A stretch of 60,046 nt of DNA from Thermoplasmata archaeon. GTDB lineage: Archaea; Thermoplasmatota; E2; UBA202; JdFR-43. The first letter of the stretch is position 1. Each line of letters opens with the position of its first letter. The notes beneath the pieces are model-generated. The model was not told where the DNA came from. It ran no database searches and was given only the letters and a program-made list of their open reading frames with translations. The translations under genes were made by a program, and so were the position numbers. The DNA lies in contig JAGGZK010000032.1 of the NCBI GenBank assembly GCA_021162065.1, positions 1 to 60,046 of the forward strand, read 5' to 3'. Shown here one piece after another: positions 51,731 to 60,046 of this stretch.

Positions 51731-54126
51731 GGCTTATATCCATGGAACTCCACAATTTCAGGAAGTTCAAACATGCTGAGATAAATTTTCCCGAGGGCAT
51801 AATGGGGCTGGTGGGCAGCAATGGAGCCGGTAAATCCACCATTATAGAGGCGATAGGATGGGCCATCTACGGCAACCGAGCGGCAAGAACAAAGAAGGAC
51901 ATGATAAAGAGGCAAAATGCTTCTCCTAATGAAGAGTGCTGGGTAAAACTGGTTTTTGAAATGGGGGGAAATGTGTATGAGGTCTTCCGCATGATAACCA
52001 GAAACTCCACGGATGCAAGGGTGAAGGTGAATGGAAGAATCACCGCATCCTCCACTCAAGGCGTAACAGAATACCTGGAGAAGATGCTCGGCATGGACTA
52101 TGATTCCTTTTACACATCCATAGTGGCAAGGCAGCAGGAGCTCAACGCCCTATCAAACAAACAGCCCGGGGAGAGGAAAAAGAGCATGATGAAGATGCTC
52201 GGCATAGACGTGCTGGATGACGCCATAAAGAGGGTGAGAGAGGACAGGAGAAGCATGGAGAGGAGCGTGGAATATCTCGAGCAGAATCTGAAGGATATGG
52301 AGGAACTTGAAAGGACAAGGGAGGAATTGAAAAAGAAAAGGGAGGAGTACGTAAAAAGAACGGAGGAACTGTATCAGAGCAGGGAGAGGGCGGAGGAAGC
52401 GAAGAGGAAAGCAGAGGAGAGGAGGAGGGAGGAGAGGGAAAAGGCGGAGAAATTCAAGAAACTGGACGGAAAGAGGAACATTCTGAGGGAAAGGAAGGAA
52501 GGAAAGGAAAGGATGGCGATGAAGAAAGAAAAGGAACTGGAGGAGCTGACGGCAAAGGAGGAAGAGTATGCCCGTCTGAAGATATATGTGGAGGAGTACA
52601 GGAAATTGAAGGAGAAGAAAGAGCAGATGGAGGAGGCGAGGAGGGCCTATCTGGAAAGAAAGAGTCTGGAGGAGCAGATAAAGGAGATTGAGGAGGAGTT
52701 GAAGAATCTGGATGGGACAATACAGAGATTGGAAAAGCAAATGGAAGGCATGGCAGAGGAGGAGGCGCTGGAAAGGGTAAGAAAGGAAAGAAAGGAGATT
52801 CAGGGCAGAATAAAAGCGATGGAAATGGAGAGGGAAAGGATAGGGGCAGAGATAAAATCACTGGAGAGAAGGAAGAAGGAGATGGAAAGGAAGAGGGAAG
52901 AGATGGAAAATCTGGGGCCCGAGAGCAATTGCCCCACCTGTGGAAGGCCTCTGGGAGAGGTGTATGAGGAGATTCTTGAAGAATATGTGGGAGAAATTTC
53001 TGAAATTGAGAAGGAAATGAGGAGGATGGAGGAAGAGAAGGAGGCCTTAACCAGAGAACTGGAGGCGCTCCGGGAAAGAGAGATGGAAGCGGAGAAAACG
53101 GAGAGGGAAAAGGAAGAGGAGGTGAGGGAGCGGGGCAACATTGTGATAAAAATAAAGTCATATATGGAAAATAAAGAGGAGAAGAGGGCAAAAAGGGAGG
53201 AGATGAAAAGGAAAATTTCTCTGCTAGGAGAATTTGTGTTTGATGAAAACACCTATCAAAAACTGGTTTCTGACCTGGAGCGGGTGGAGAAACTGAAGGA
53301 TAAAGCCATAGTGCTGGAAGGAGAGATAAGCAAAATACCTTCCCTTCGGGAAGAGATGGAACTGCTGAGGAAGGATATAGAACAGATTGGGGAGGAAATT
53401 GCCGAATGCGAGAGAGAAATTGAAAAAATCAACTTTATTCCCGAGGAATATGAGAGGGTGGAGAGGGAATATGAGGAGGCCATAAATCTCCTTAACTCCA
53501 TAAATGTGGAGATAACCCGCATAGAGGGGAAGATAGAAACGGTGGAGGCGGAGATAAAAAAAGTTGAGGAGGAGATGGAGGAGCAGAAGGAGATGAGGGA
53601 TAAAATAAAGGAGATGAGAAAACAGATTGGAATGCTTGAAACTCTGGCTGGGGACAGGGATACAGGCCTCCTCAACAATTTCAAAAACTATCTCATATCA
53701 AAAATAGGGCCACTCCTCTCCCATTACGCATCCCACTTTCTCTCCCTCTTCACCGATGGGAAATACAAGGAAATAGAGATAGATGACAACTACAACATAT
53801 TGATATATGACAGGGGGGAAAAATTTGAGCTTGACAGGTTTTCAGGAGGGGAAAAGGATGTTGCCAACCTTTCCCTCCGCCTTGCCATCTCCGAGTTGAT
53901 AGTGCAGCGCTCCGATGTGGTCTTCGAGTTCATCGCTCTGGATGAAATATTCGGCTCCCAGGATAGAGAAAGGCGGAAAAACATACTCAATGCCTTGGCG
54001 GAGTTGAAGAAGCAGTTCAGACAGATTATACTCATAACCCACATAGATGAGATAAAGGAGGCGATGGAGCACATAATAAGGGTGTACGAGGATGATGAGG
54101 GCATTTCCCACATATCCATTGAATAA
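51727..54126 (+). CDS. rad50: DNA double-strand-break repair ATPase Rad50
   Basis: Walker A GSNGAGKST. Long Glu/Lys/Arg coiled coil with central zinc hook CPTCGRPL. Signature FSGGEKD. Walker B FIALDE. 4-nt overlap with mre11. Confidence 0.95.
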   Translation: MRLISMELHNFRKFKHAEINFPEGIMGLVGSNGAGKSTIIEAIGWAIYGNRAARTKKDMIKRQNASPNEECWVKLVFEMGGNVYEVFRMITRNSTDARVKVNGRITASSTQGVTEYLEKMLGMDYDSFYTSIVARQQELNALSNKQPGERKKSMMKMLGIDVLDDAIKRVREDRRSMERSVEYLEQNLKDMEELERTREELKKKREEYVKRTEELYQSRERAEEAKRKAEERRREEREKAEKFKKLDGKRNILRERKEGKERMAMKKEKELEELTAKEEEYARLKIYVEEYRKLKEKKEQMEEARRAYLERKSLEEQIKEIEEELKNLDGTIQRLEKQMEGMAEEEALERVRKERKEIQGRIKAMEMERERIGAEIKSLERRKKEMERKREEMENLGPESNCPTCGRPLGEVYEEILEEYVGEISEIEKEMRRMEEEKEALTRELEALREREMEAEKTEREKEEEVRERGNIVIKIKSYMENKEEKRAKREEMKRKISLLGEFVFDENTYQKLVSDLERVEKLKDKAIVLEGEISKIPSLREEMELLRKDIEQIGEEIAECEREIEKINFIPEEYERVEREYEEAINLLNSINVEITRIEGKIETVEAEIKKVEEEMEEQKEMRDKIKEMRKQIGMLETLAGDRDTGLLNNFKNYLISKIGPLLSHYASHFLSLFTDGKYKEIEIDDNYNILIYDRGEKFELDRFSGGEKDVANLSLRLAISELIVQRSDVVFEFIALDEIFGSQDRERRKNILNALAELKKQFRQIILITHIDEIKEAMEHIIRVYEDDEGISHISIE

Positions 54127-54159
54127 AAGATATATACGGATTTATTTTAACACACTAAG

Positions 54160-54231
54160 GGGCCGGTAGATCAGTGGAAGATCGCTTGCTTCGCGAGCAA
54201 GAGGTCGCGGGTTCAAATCCCGCCCGGTCCA
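54160..54231 (+). tRNA. tRNA-Ala (anticodon CGC)
   Basis: Acceptor GGGCCGG/CCGGTCC with a G3:U70 pair (Ala identity element). D-stem GATC/GATC. Anticodon stem CTTGC/GCAAG with loop TTCGCGA. T-arm GCGGG-TTCAAAT-CCCGC. Confidence 0.9.
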
Positions 54232-54301
54232 TTTTCATTTTAAGATAGGGTTGCGTAGATACCATGCAAACATTTTTTATTCCCGAAATATTTCATTATT
54301 G

Positions 54302-54850
54302 ATGGAGAGAGTTCGCATAAGGGACATAATGAACTATAATCCCGTGATAATAAACGGCAAGGCAAGTGTGCTGGATGCTGCCAAGGAGATGAAAAGTGAG
54401 AAGGTGGGCAGCATTATAGTTGTGGAGAACGGGAAGCCCACAGGAATTCTTACAGAGAGCGACATACTGAGGAAAATTGTGGCCGAGGAAAAAAATCCTG
54501 CCGATGTCACTGTCGATAAAATCATGAGTTCCCCTCTCATCACCATCTCCCCAGATGCAGGAATGGACGAAGCAGTGAGGATAATGGGGAAACACATGAT
54601 AAGAAGATTACCTGTGGTGGAGAATGACAAACTCGTGGGGATGGTCACGGAAAGGGACATAATGGTCATATCTCCTCTTCTCATGGACATAGTGGAGGAG
54701 TGGGCGGAGATCACGAGGGAAAAACTGGAATACAAGAGGGGTGAGAAATATTTCCCCGGTAAATGCGAGGAGTGCGGGATGCTCACCACCCGTCTTCGCA
54801 ATGTCAATGGGCGTCTCTTATGCGAATCCTGTGCGGAAATGATGAGGTGA
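54302..54850 (+). CDS. CBS-pair protein with C-terminal zinc ribbon
   Basis: Two CBS repeats (IRDIMNYNPV..., GILTESDILRK; VDKIMSSPL..., GMVTERDIM), then CEECG-x16-CESC. ATG 54302 preferred over the TTG at 54251. Confidence 0.85.
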   Translation: MERVRIRDIMNYNPVIINGKASVLDAAKEMKSEKVGSIIVVENGKPTGILTESDILRKIVAEEKNPADVTVDKIMSSPLITISPDAGMDEAVRIMGKHMIRRLPVVENDKLVGMVTERDIMVISPLLMDIVEEWAEITREKLEYKRGEKYFPGKCEECGMLTTRLRNVNGRLLCESCAEMMR

Positions 54851-54856
54851 TTTGTT

Positions 54857-55651
54857 ATGAAAGTGAAAGATGTGATGACGAAGGAAATTATTTATGTGAG
54901 TAAAGGGGACGATCTCTACCATGTGCTTACTCTTATGGAAAAGCACAACATAACCAAACTCCCCGTGCTGGATGATGGCAAAATAGCGGGCATAGTGACG
55001 GATAATCAGATAGCAGAGAAGCTGGGGAGTTTCAGAAGCAAGGGAGTGCCTGCATCACGCATGCATGCCTCAACTGTAATGGAAAAGGATTTTGAGAGGA
55101 TTTCCCCGGATACGGAGATAAAGGAGATTCTCAAGAGTGTAGGTGAGCCAGGGCCAACAATGCTTCCCGTTGTTGTGGACGATGCCCTTGTTGGAGTTGT
55201 CACCAAGGCGGATTTGCTTCCTCTTGTGAAAAGCGAGGAAAGCATAGAGAAGATAATGAAGGAAAATGTTATTACCGTAAAGCCGGGGGACAGGGTAATA
55301 CATGCGCGCCGCCTGATGATGGAGAATGATGTGGCCCGCCTGCCTGTGGTGGATGAGGGCAAGGTTGTGGGCATCATATCTGATAAGGAGATAGCCTTTG
55401 CCCTGGCCAGCATCAAAAAGAGTTTTCCCATGGGGAAGCAGCAGAATCAGCTGAGAAATCTGCTGGTGAAGGATGTGATGAAGAGCAACGTTGTCACGGC
55501 AAAGAGGGACATATCCATAAAGGAGGCGGCACAAATCATGATGGAAGAGGAGGTGGGCTGCATACCCATCGTCGATGATGATGGAAAAATCGAGGGCATA
55601 GTCACAAGAACGGACCTGCTTCACCATCTAAGGGAAGAAATGGAGTCATAG
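54857..55651 (+). CDS. CBS-domain protein (four CBS repeats)
   Basis: VKDVMTKEIIY..., GIVTDNQI, GVVTKADLL, GIISDKEIA and GIVTRTDLL repeats. Confidence 0.9.
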   Translation: MKVKDVMTKEIIYVSKGDDLYHVLTLMEKHNITKLPVLDDGKIAGIVTDNQIAEKLGSFRSKGVPASRMHASTVMEKDFERISPDTEIKEILKSVGEPGPTMLPVVVDDALVGVVTKADLLPLVKSEESIEKIMKENVITVKPGDRVIHARRLMMENDVARLPVVDEGKVVGIISDKEIAFALASIKKSFPMGKQQNQLRNLLVKDVMKSNVVTAKRDISIKEAAQIMMEEEVGCIPIVDDDGKIEGIVTRTDLLHHLREEMES

Positions 55652-57112
55652 AAGAGGCATCTCTCGAAGCCACGATATGTCGCTGAAATAAAGCATTCTT
55701 ATGTCCTTAAGGCCAAGTATAATCATGGCCATCCTCTCCAGCCCCAGCCCCCAGGCCAGCACCGGCTCTTTTACACCGAAGGGCAGCGTAACTTCGGGCC
55801 TGAATATTCCTGCTCCTCCCAGTTCAATCCATTTACCCTGCCACTCCACCTCTATTTCCAGAGAGGGTTCTGTGTAGGGAAAATAGGAGGGCCTGAATCT
55901 TATATTCTCAAAACCCATCTTGGTGTAGAACTCTCGCAGTATGCCCTTCAACATGGGAAAGTTTGCATCTCTTTCATAAACTATCCCCTCCACCTGGTGA
56001 AACTCCGGAAGATGGGTGGAATCTATGCTCTCCCTTCTGAAAACCCTCTCGACGGAGAAAACCTTTGCCGGCGGCTCGGGGTGCATGGCGAGATATCTTA
56101 TTGTGTTCACCGTGGAATGGGTTCTGAGAAGTGCCCTTCTGCTTTCCTCTCTGTTGAACTTGTATCCCCATCCCTTTGAACCTGTCTCGCCTCCATCCTC
56201 ATGCACCCTCGCTATTTTTTCTATGAGTGAGTCCTCCACATCAATGGTGGACGGCCTTCTGCAGTAAAAGGTGTCCTGCATGTCCCGTGCAGGATGATCC
56301 TGCGGGATGAATAACGCATCCATATTCCAGAAGCAGGACTCCACATAACTCCCCTTTATCTCCGTGAACCCCATCTCGGCAAATATTCTTCTTATCTTTT
56401 CGATGAGCTGATTAAGGGGATGAAGTTTTCCAGGATATACGGAGGGAGCAAATGCCCTCACGTCATATTTCCTGAATTTCTTGTTTTTCCACTCCCCACT
56501 TTTTATCATCTCCGGTGTTAGTTGAGAAATCTCCTCCTCAATGGTTATCCCCTTGTTATATACATCCCATCCCTCCTCAGTTAAGATTATATTCCTGACG
56601 ATTCTTTCCCTCTCCCTTATCGCCTTCCTTTTTTTGAGGATGGATAGCAGTTCCTCGTCTATGTCGATGTCGCCCCCTTCTATTCTTTCAAGCGCCTCCT
56701 CCTCCGGCTGCTTTTTCTTCGCCTCCTCCCTCCCCTTTTCTGTCACAACAAGGAATTTCTCATCGCCCTCCTTCACTATCTCGCACCACCCCTTCCTTTT
56801 CGCCCATCCCACCGCTATTGCTGCCTCCTTTCCGAATTTCTCGTCCAGTTCACGCAGGGAAACTTTATCGACTCCCTGAAGAATTTTTTTCTCCGGCAGC
56901 CCCTCCTCTAGAAATCTCTGCCCCTCCTCCGTGACTTCATATTCCTTAAAAAGGTTTTCCTCCACCCTCACCAGTCCCTTGCTCTGGAGCCAGGAGGCGG
57001 CGTTCATGGTTTTCACCATCTCCATGTCCACCTCCTCCGGCATTGCTCTGCCGCCATGTTCTCCGAGAAACAGAAGTAGTTTTTTTTCCATGGGGGAAAG
57101 TGCTTCCATCAA
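55646..57112 (-). CDS. pheS: phenylalanyl-tRNA synthetase alpha subunit
   Basis: N-terminal wHTH repeats, HPARDMQDTFY, FRPSYFPYTEPS (motif 2 region) and LAWGLGLERM (motif 3). Confidence 0.95.
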   Translation of the reverse strand: MMEALSPMEKKLLLFLGEHGGRAMPEEVDMEMVKTMNAASWLQSKGLVRVEENLFKEYEVTEEGQRFLEEGLPEKKILQGVDKVSLRELDEKFGKEAAIAVGWAKRKGWCEIVKEGDEKFLVVTEKGREEAKKKQPEEEALERIEGGDIDIDEELLSILKKRKAIRERERIVRNIILTEEGWDVYNKGITIEEEISQLTPEMIKSGEWKNKKFRKYDVRAFAPSVYPGKLHPLNQLIEKIRRIFAEMGFTEIKGSYVESCFWNMDALFIPQDHPARDMQDTFYCRRPSTIDVEDSLIEKIARVHEDGGETGSKGWGYKFNREESRRALLRTHSTVNTIRYLAMHPEPPAKVFSVERVFRRESIDSTHLPEFHQVEGIVYERDANFPMLKGILREFYTKMGFENIRFRPSYFPYTEPSLEIEVEWQGKWIELGGAGIFRPEVTLPFGVKEPVLAWGLGLERMAMIILGLKDIRMLYFSDISWLREMPLL

Positions 57113-57146
57113 TTTGAATAGGAGCAGGATATAAATGGATTTCTTT

Positions 57147-59822
57147 TTAGAGATTGAAAATCCACACCTTTATGCTTTTTTCCAGAATTTTTCCGGTTAT
57201 GGTGTGAACCACCACCTTCAACTCGTGTCTGAAAAATATTCTCTCATCCCATGTCCATGTGTGGTTGTTGAAAGGATCCACATATCTTACAACTCCGTCA
57301 ACAACATATTCCGTATAGTCCTCCCAGACGGGCCCATACACATCCATTTCCACATCTATTTTCCCTATCACCACAGTAATCAGGGAGGGCAATATCTTCC
57401 TGTTGAAGATGTAAATGCCTCTATAGGGCTTTTTTATTATCACATCCACATCTGCCTTCTTTAAGGCCACACTTATCCATAACGTCTCATTTTCCCCTAT
57501 TTTATATTCATCGGTGGAATTCCATTCATAGCAATCCCCAAAGAAATGGAGATAAATTTTTCCGGCAGCCGTTTTTATACTGTAAAATCCGTCCTCATTT
57601 GTAACGGTACTGTTCCAAATTTCGTATCCTTTCTCACCCTCCCAGTAAAGATAGACGGAGGCATGTGAAATTGGTTCTCCCGTGCTCTCATCATAAACAT
57701 AGCCACATACCACAGAATTTTCCACTGGAAACGGATAAAGGGAGATATTAAGCCACACGGTCTCGTTCTCCTCAACCGAGAGGTCAGGAAGATATTTTCT
57801 GAAATATCCGTAGGAATAGAAGGAGAGATATATCCTGCCCTTTGCCACGTTTATTGAATAAAAACCGCTCTCATTGGAGTAAGTGTAATTCCATTCTTCA
57901 TGACCCTCATCATCCTCCCATCTGAGATAAACCTCCACATCCTTTAGGGGTTCTCCACTCACCTCATCATTGATGTAGCCACATACCACAGTATTTTCTT
58001 CCGGGCGGGGAGTGAGAGAAACATTCTGCCATAACTTCTCGTTTTCGCTTATGTTGATATACTCTGTGGACCTGGAAAAATGGCCAGAGGAATAGAAATG
58101 CAGTTTTACTCTTCCAGCAGCCACATTCATGGTGTAGAATCCGCTTTCATCTGTATTGGTGGCATTCCACATGCTGTTTCCTGCTTCTCCCCTCCAGTCC
58201 ACCACCACATCTGCGTTTTTCAATGGCTTTCCCGTGTCCTCATCATAAACATAGCCGCATACCACAGAATTTTCCACCGGAATGGGGTAGAGGGACATAT
58301 TAAGCCATATGGTCTGATGCTCATAAACGTAAAACCATTCAGTCCTTTCTTCAAAATAGCCGTCTGCATAAAAGGACATGTATATCTCTCCCTGCGCCAC
58401 ATTTATTGAATAAAAGCCCTCCTCATTGGTGGAGGTTACATTTGTGTAATCGCCATCCTTCCCATCACTCCAGCGAAGGTATATGGTGGCATTTTTAATT
58501 GCCTCCTTGCTTGCCGCATCCCTCACATACCCGCAGATGACCGCGTTTTCCTCAGGATAGGAAATGAGGGAAGCGTTGAACCATATATCTTCTCCTTCGC
58601 CAATAATGAGGATGTTCCCATAATTAGGAAAATATCTGGCGGCATAGAAGGAGAGGATTATTTCTCCCGACGGAACCGGCATGGTGTAAAAACCATTGTC
58701 GTCGGTATGGGTTGAATTTGAGAGTGAATGGCCGGCATCGTCCCTCCATGTGGCAACCACGGTGGCATTCCTAACAGGGCTGCCCGTTGAGTTATCCACA
58801 ACATAACCTCTCACACCGGCATTTATTGGAGGAAGTGGATAGAGGGAAATGTTTAACCATATGGTTTCGCCTGCTTTAATGTCATAGTATTCAAATTCCG
58901 AGAAATATCCGTCCTTGGAGAAATAGAGGGAGATATGTCCCTCAGCCGTATTGAGGGAGTAAAATCCATTTTTATCCGATTCTGTGGACTTATGTTTCGA
59001 GTGTTTGCCATCATCCCACCATAGATGCACCTCCACTCCTTCAACACCCTCTCCACCCTCCACATTCTTCAAATAGCCGCATACAACAGCATCCTCGGGA
59101 GGAGCCGGGGGCAGAGAAAGATTTACCCACAGCCTTTCCCCATCTTTGATAGAATAGATGTCGCTCATCTCATAAAGATAGCCCTCGGCATTCGCACCCA
59201 CATTAATTTTTCCAGGTGGTACCCTGATTTCATAAAATCCGTTTTTGTCTGAGGTGGAAATGTTCCATATGGTGTTATTTTTATCATCCTCCCAAAGCAC
59301 ATCAACCCTTGCATTCTCTATTGGCTGACCCGTTTCATTATCCCTTATATACCCGCAGACAGTGGAGTTTTGAGGCGGTGCCTTCCTCATGGAGATGTTC
59401 ACCCAGAGCGTTTCATATTCTTTAATCTCAAACTCTCCCACCTTCTCAAAATAATAGCCCATGGCATTGCAGTAGACATATATCCTTCCTGCTTCCAGAT
59501 ATATGCTGTAAAATCCTTCCTTATCTGTGGTGAGATTGGTGAGAATGTCGCCATGGAATACATGCACGATGGCGTTCTCTATTGGCTGACCTGTCTCATT
59601 ATCCCTAACATATCCGCACAGCAATGAATTCTGGAGAGGAACAGCTCCATGAAATGTGGCATTTCTCATCCTTTCAAGAAATTCCTCCCAGATGCAGGGC
59701 ATCTCAATATTGCTGCTGTGTGAGACATTTTCATGATGAGTATTGCCATCCACATCCGGAATGGTAATGGAGATGAGTAAAAGGATAGTAACGCAAAACA
59801 CCTTCCAGCCTCTCACCTCCAT
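57147..59822 (-). CDS. secreted protein with eight tandem CarboxypepD_reg-like (carboxypeptidase regulatory-like) repeats and a shared C-terminal module
   Basis: Signal peptide (KVFCVTILLLISITIP). Eight repeats of about 85-95 aa, each with [CR]GY-x-x-D/N...G-x-P[IL]-x-N/D-A-x-V...T[DN]..G[FY]Y...A.GY/F...W.N[IV]SL. C-terminal ...YVVDG...KVWIFNL. Confidence 0.7.
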   Translation of the reverse strand: MEVRGWKVFCVTILLLISITIPDVDGNTHHENVSHSSNIEMPCIWEEFLERMRNATFHGAVPLQNSLLCGYVRDNETGQPIENAIVHVFHGDILTNLTTDKEGFYSIYLEAGRIYVYCNAMGYYFEKVGEFEIKEYETLWVNISMRKAPPQNSTVCGYIRDNETGQPIENARVDVLWEDDKNNTIWNISTSDKNGFYEIRVPPGKINVGANAEGYLYEMSDIYSIKDGERLWVNLSLPPAPPEDAVVCGYLKNVEGGEGVEGVEVHLWWDDGKHSKHKSTESDKNGFYSLNTAEGHISLYFSKDGYFSEFEYYDIKAGETIWLNISLYPLPPINAGVRGYVVDNSTGSPVRNATVVATWRDDAGHSLSNSTHTDDNGFYTMPVPSGEIILSFYAARYFPNYGNILIIGEGEDIWFNASLISYPEENAVICGYVRDAASKEAIKNATIYLRWSDGKDGDYTNVTSTNEEGFYSINVAQGEIYMSFYADGYFEERTEWFYVYEHQTIWLNMSLYPIPVENSVVCGYVYDEDTGKPLKNADVVVDWRGEAGNSMWNATNTDESGFYTMNVAAGRVKLHFYSSGHFSRSTEYINISENEKLWQNVSLTPRPEENTVVCGYINDEVSGEPLKDVEVYLRWEDDEGHEEWNYTYSNESGFYSINVAKGRIYLSFYSYGYFRKYLPDLSVEENETVWLNISLYPFPVENSVVCGYVYDESTGEPISHASVYLYWEGEKGYEIWNSTVTNEDGFYSIKTAAGKIYLHFFGDCYEWNSTDEYKIGENETLWISVALKKADVDVIIKKPYRGIYIFNRKILPSLITVVIGKIDVEMDVYGPVWEDYTEYVVDGVVRYVDPFNNHTWTWDERIFFRHELKVVVHTITGKILEKSIKVWIFNL

Positions 59823-59928
59823 TTTATCCCATTTTATAATTAATCCGTTTATAAAAGATTTTCTCTGCTCATCAATAAAGCAGATACGGGAACAGAAAGT
59901 TTAAAAAAATCCTCCATATTCATGTTTA

Positions 59929-60039
59929 CCCGGCGTAGCTCAGACTGGCTAGAGCGGCGGACTGTAGTTGCAGCCAAGCGGGCCATAACCCACCGCCGCA
60001 GAAATCCGCATGTCCCCGGTTCAAATCCGGGCGCCGGGA
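59929..60039 (+). tRNA. tRNA-Tyr (anticodon GTA) interrupted by an intron of about 36 nt at the canonical 37/38 position
   Basis: Acceptor CCCGGCG/CGCCGGG with C1:G72 (archaeal/eukaryal Tyr identity pair). D-stem GCTC/GAGC. Anticodon stem GCGGA...TCCGC is split. Loop CTGTAG|intron|A. T-arm CCCGG-TTCAAAT-CCGGG. The mature length would be 75 nt. Confidence 0.85.
59968..60003 (+). other. tRNA-Tyr intron (putative bulge-helix-bulge substrate)
   Basis: 36 nt lie between G37 (59967) and A38 (60004). Intron 5' TTGC can pair with intron 3' GCAG. Intron CCGCCGC is complementary to exon GCGGCGG. The exact splice points are inferred, not proven. Confidence 0.55.
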
Positions 60040-60045
60040 TTTTTT
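60040..60045 (+). terminator. oligo-T tract directly after tRNA-Tyr
   Basis: TTTTTT immediately follows the discriminator base. Oligo-T is the usual archaeal termination signal. Confidence 0.4.
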
Positions 60046-60046
60046 A

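Noticed and set aside
52153-53684. Several minus-strand ORFs (195, 245, 150 and 142 aa) and apparent low-complexity repeats in the middle of rad50
   Set aside because: These are by-products of the purine-rich GAG/GAA/AAG codon runs that encode the Rad50 coiled coil. The antisense frames give Ser/Pro/Leu/Phe-rich nonsense. It is neither a DNA repeat element nor a CRISPR array.
57147-59822. Periodic sequence repeats that might suggest a CRISPR array or satellite
   Set aside because: The period is about 255-280 bp. The whole region is a single open reading frame encoding protein-domain repeats. There are no short direct repeats with unique spacers.

Overview
This window is an archaeal chromosomal segment of densely packed genes on both strands. 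Archaeal markers include class I LysRS, RpoN, L18e, Nep1, PurP, Mre11/Rad50, an intron-containing tRNA-Tyr, and TATA-like boxes about 25 nt upstream of many start codons. I found no rRNA, CRISPR array, transposase or integrase.

Housekeeping content:
- four aminoacyl-tRNA synthetases (hisS, class I lysRS, glyS, pheS)
- an L18e-L13-S9-RpoN ribosomal block
- uppS, carbamate kinase, EndoIII, Nep1, PurP, dCTP deaminase-like, Mre11-Rad50
- four tRNAs: Pro-GGG, Leu-CAG, Ala-CGC and Tyr-GTA (with intron)

Accessory content is dominated by secreted or surface hydrolases: two HEXXH metalloproteases, two gingipain-like C25 peptidases, a C45/Ntn-hydrolase fused to a PQQ propeller, and an 8-repeat CarboxypepD_reg protein. 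It also contains PAS/GAF two-component signalling genes.

The most interesting locus is a tightly coupled three-gene operon at 4877-6239. It encodes a 77-aa ubiquitin-like protein ending in Gly-Gly, a canonical-looking E2 (HPN...Cys), and a JAMM/MPN+ isopeptidase. No E1 or E3 lies nearby.

Other notable points:
- a roughly 90-aa C-terminal module shared by three otherwise unrelated secreted proteins
- a LuxE-like adenylating enzyme / transglutaminase-like / wHTH / membrane-protein operon
- an MtnA-centred sugar-phosphate salvage cluster
- an unannotated 46-aa zinc-finger ORF
- a candidate tetraether-lipid-synthase-type radical SAM gene

All functional calls come from motifs read by eye in the translations. 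No database search was run.
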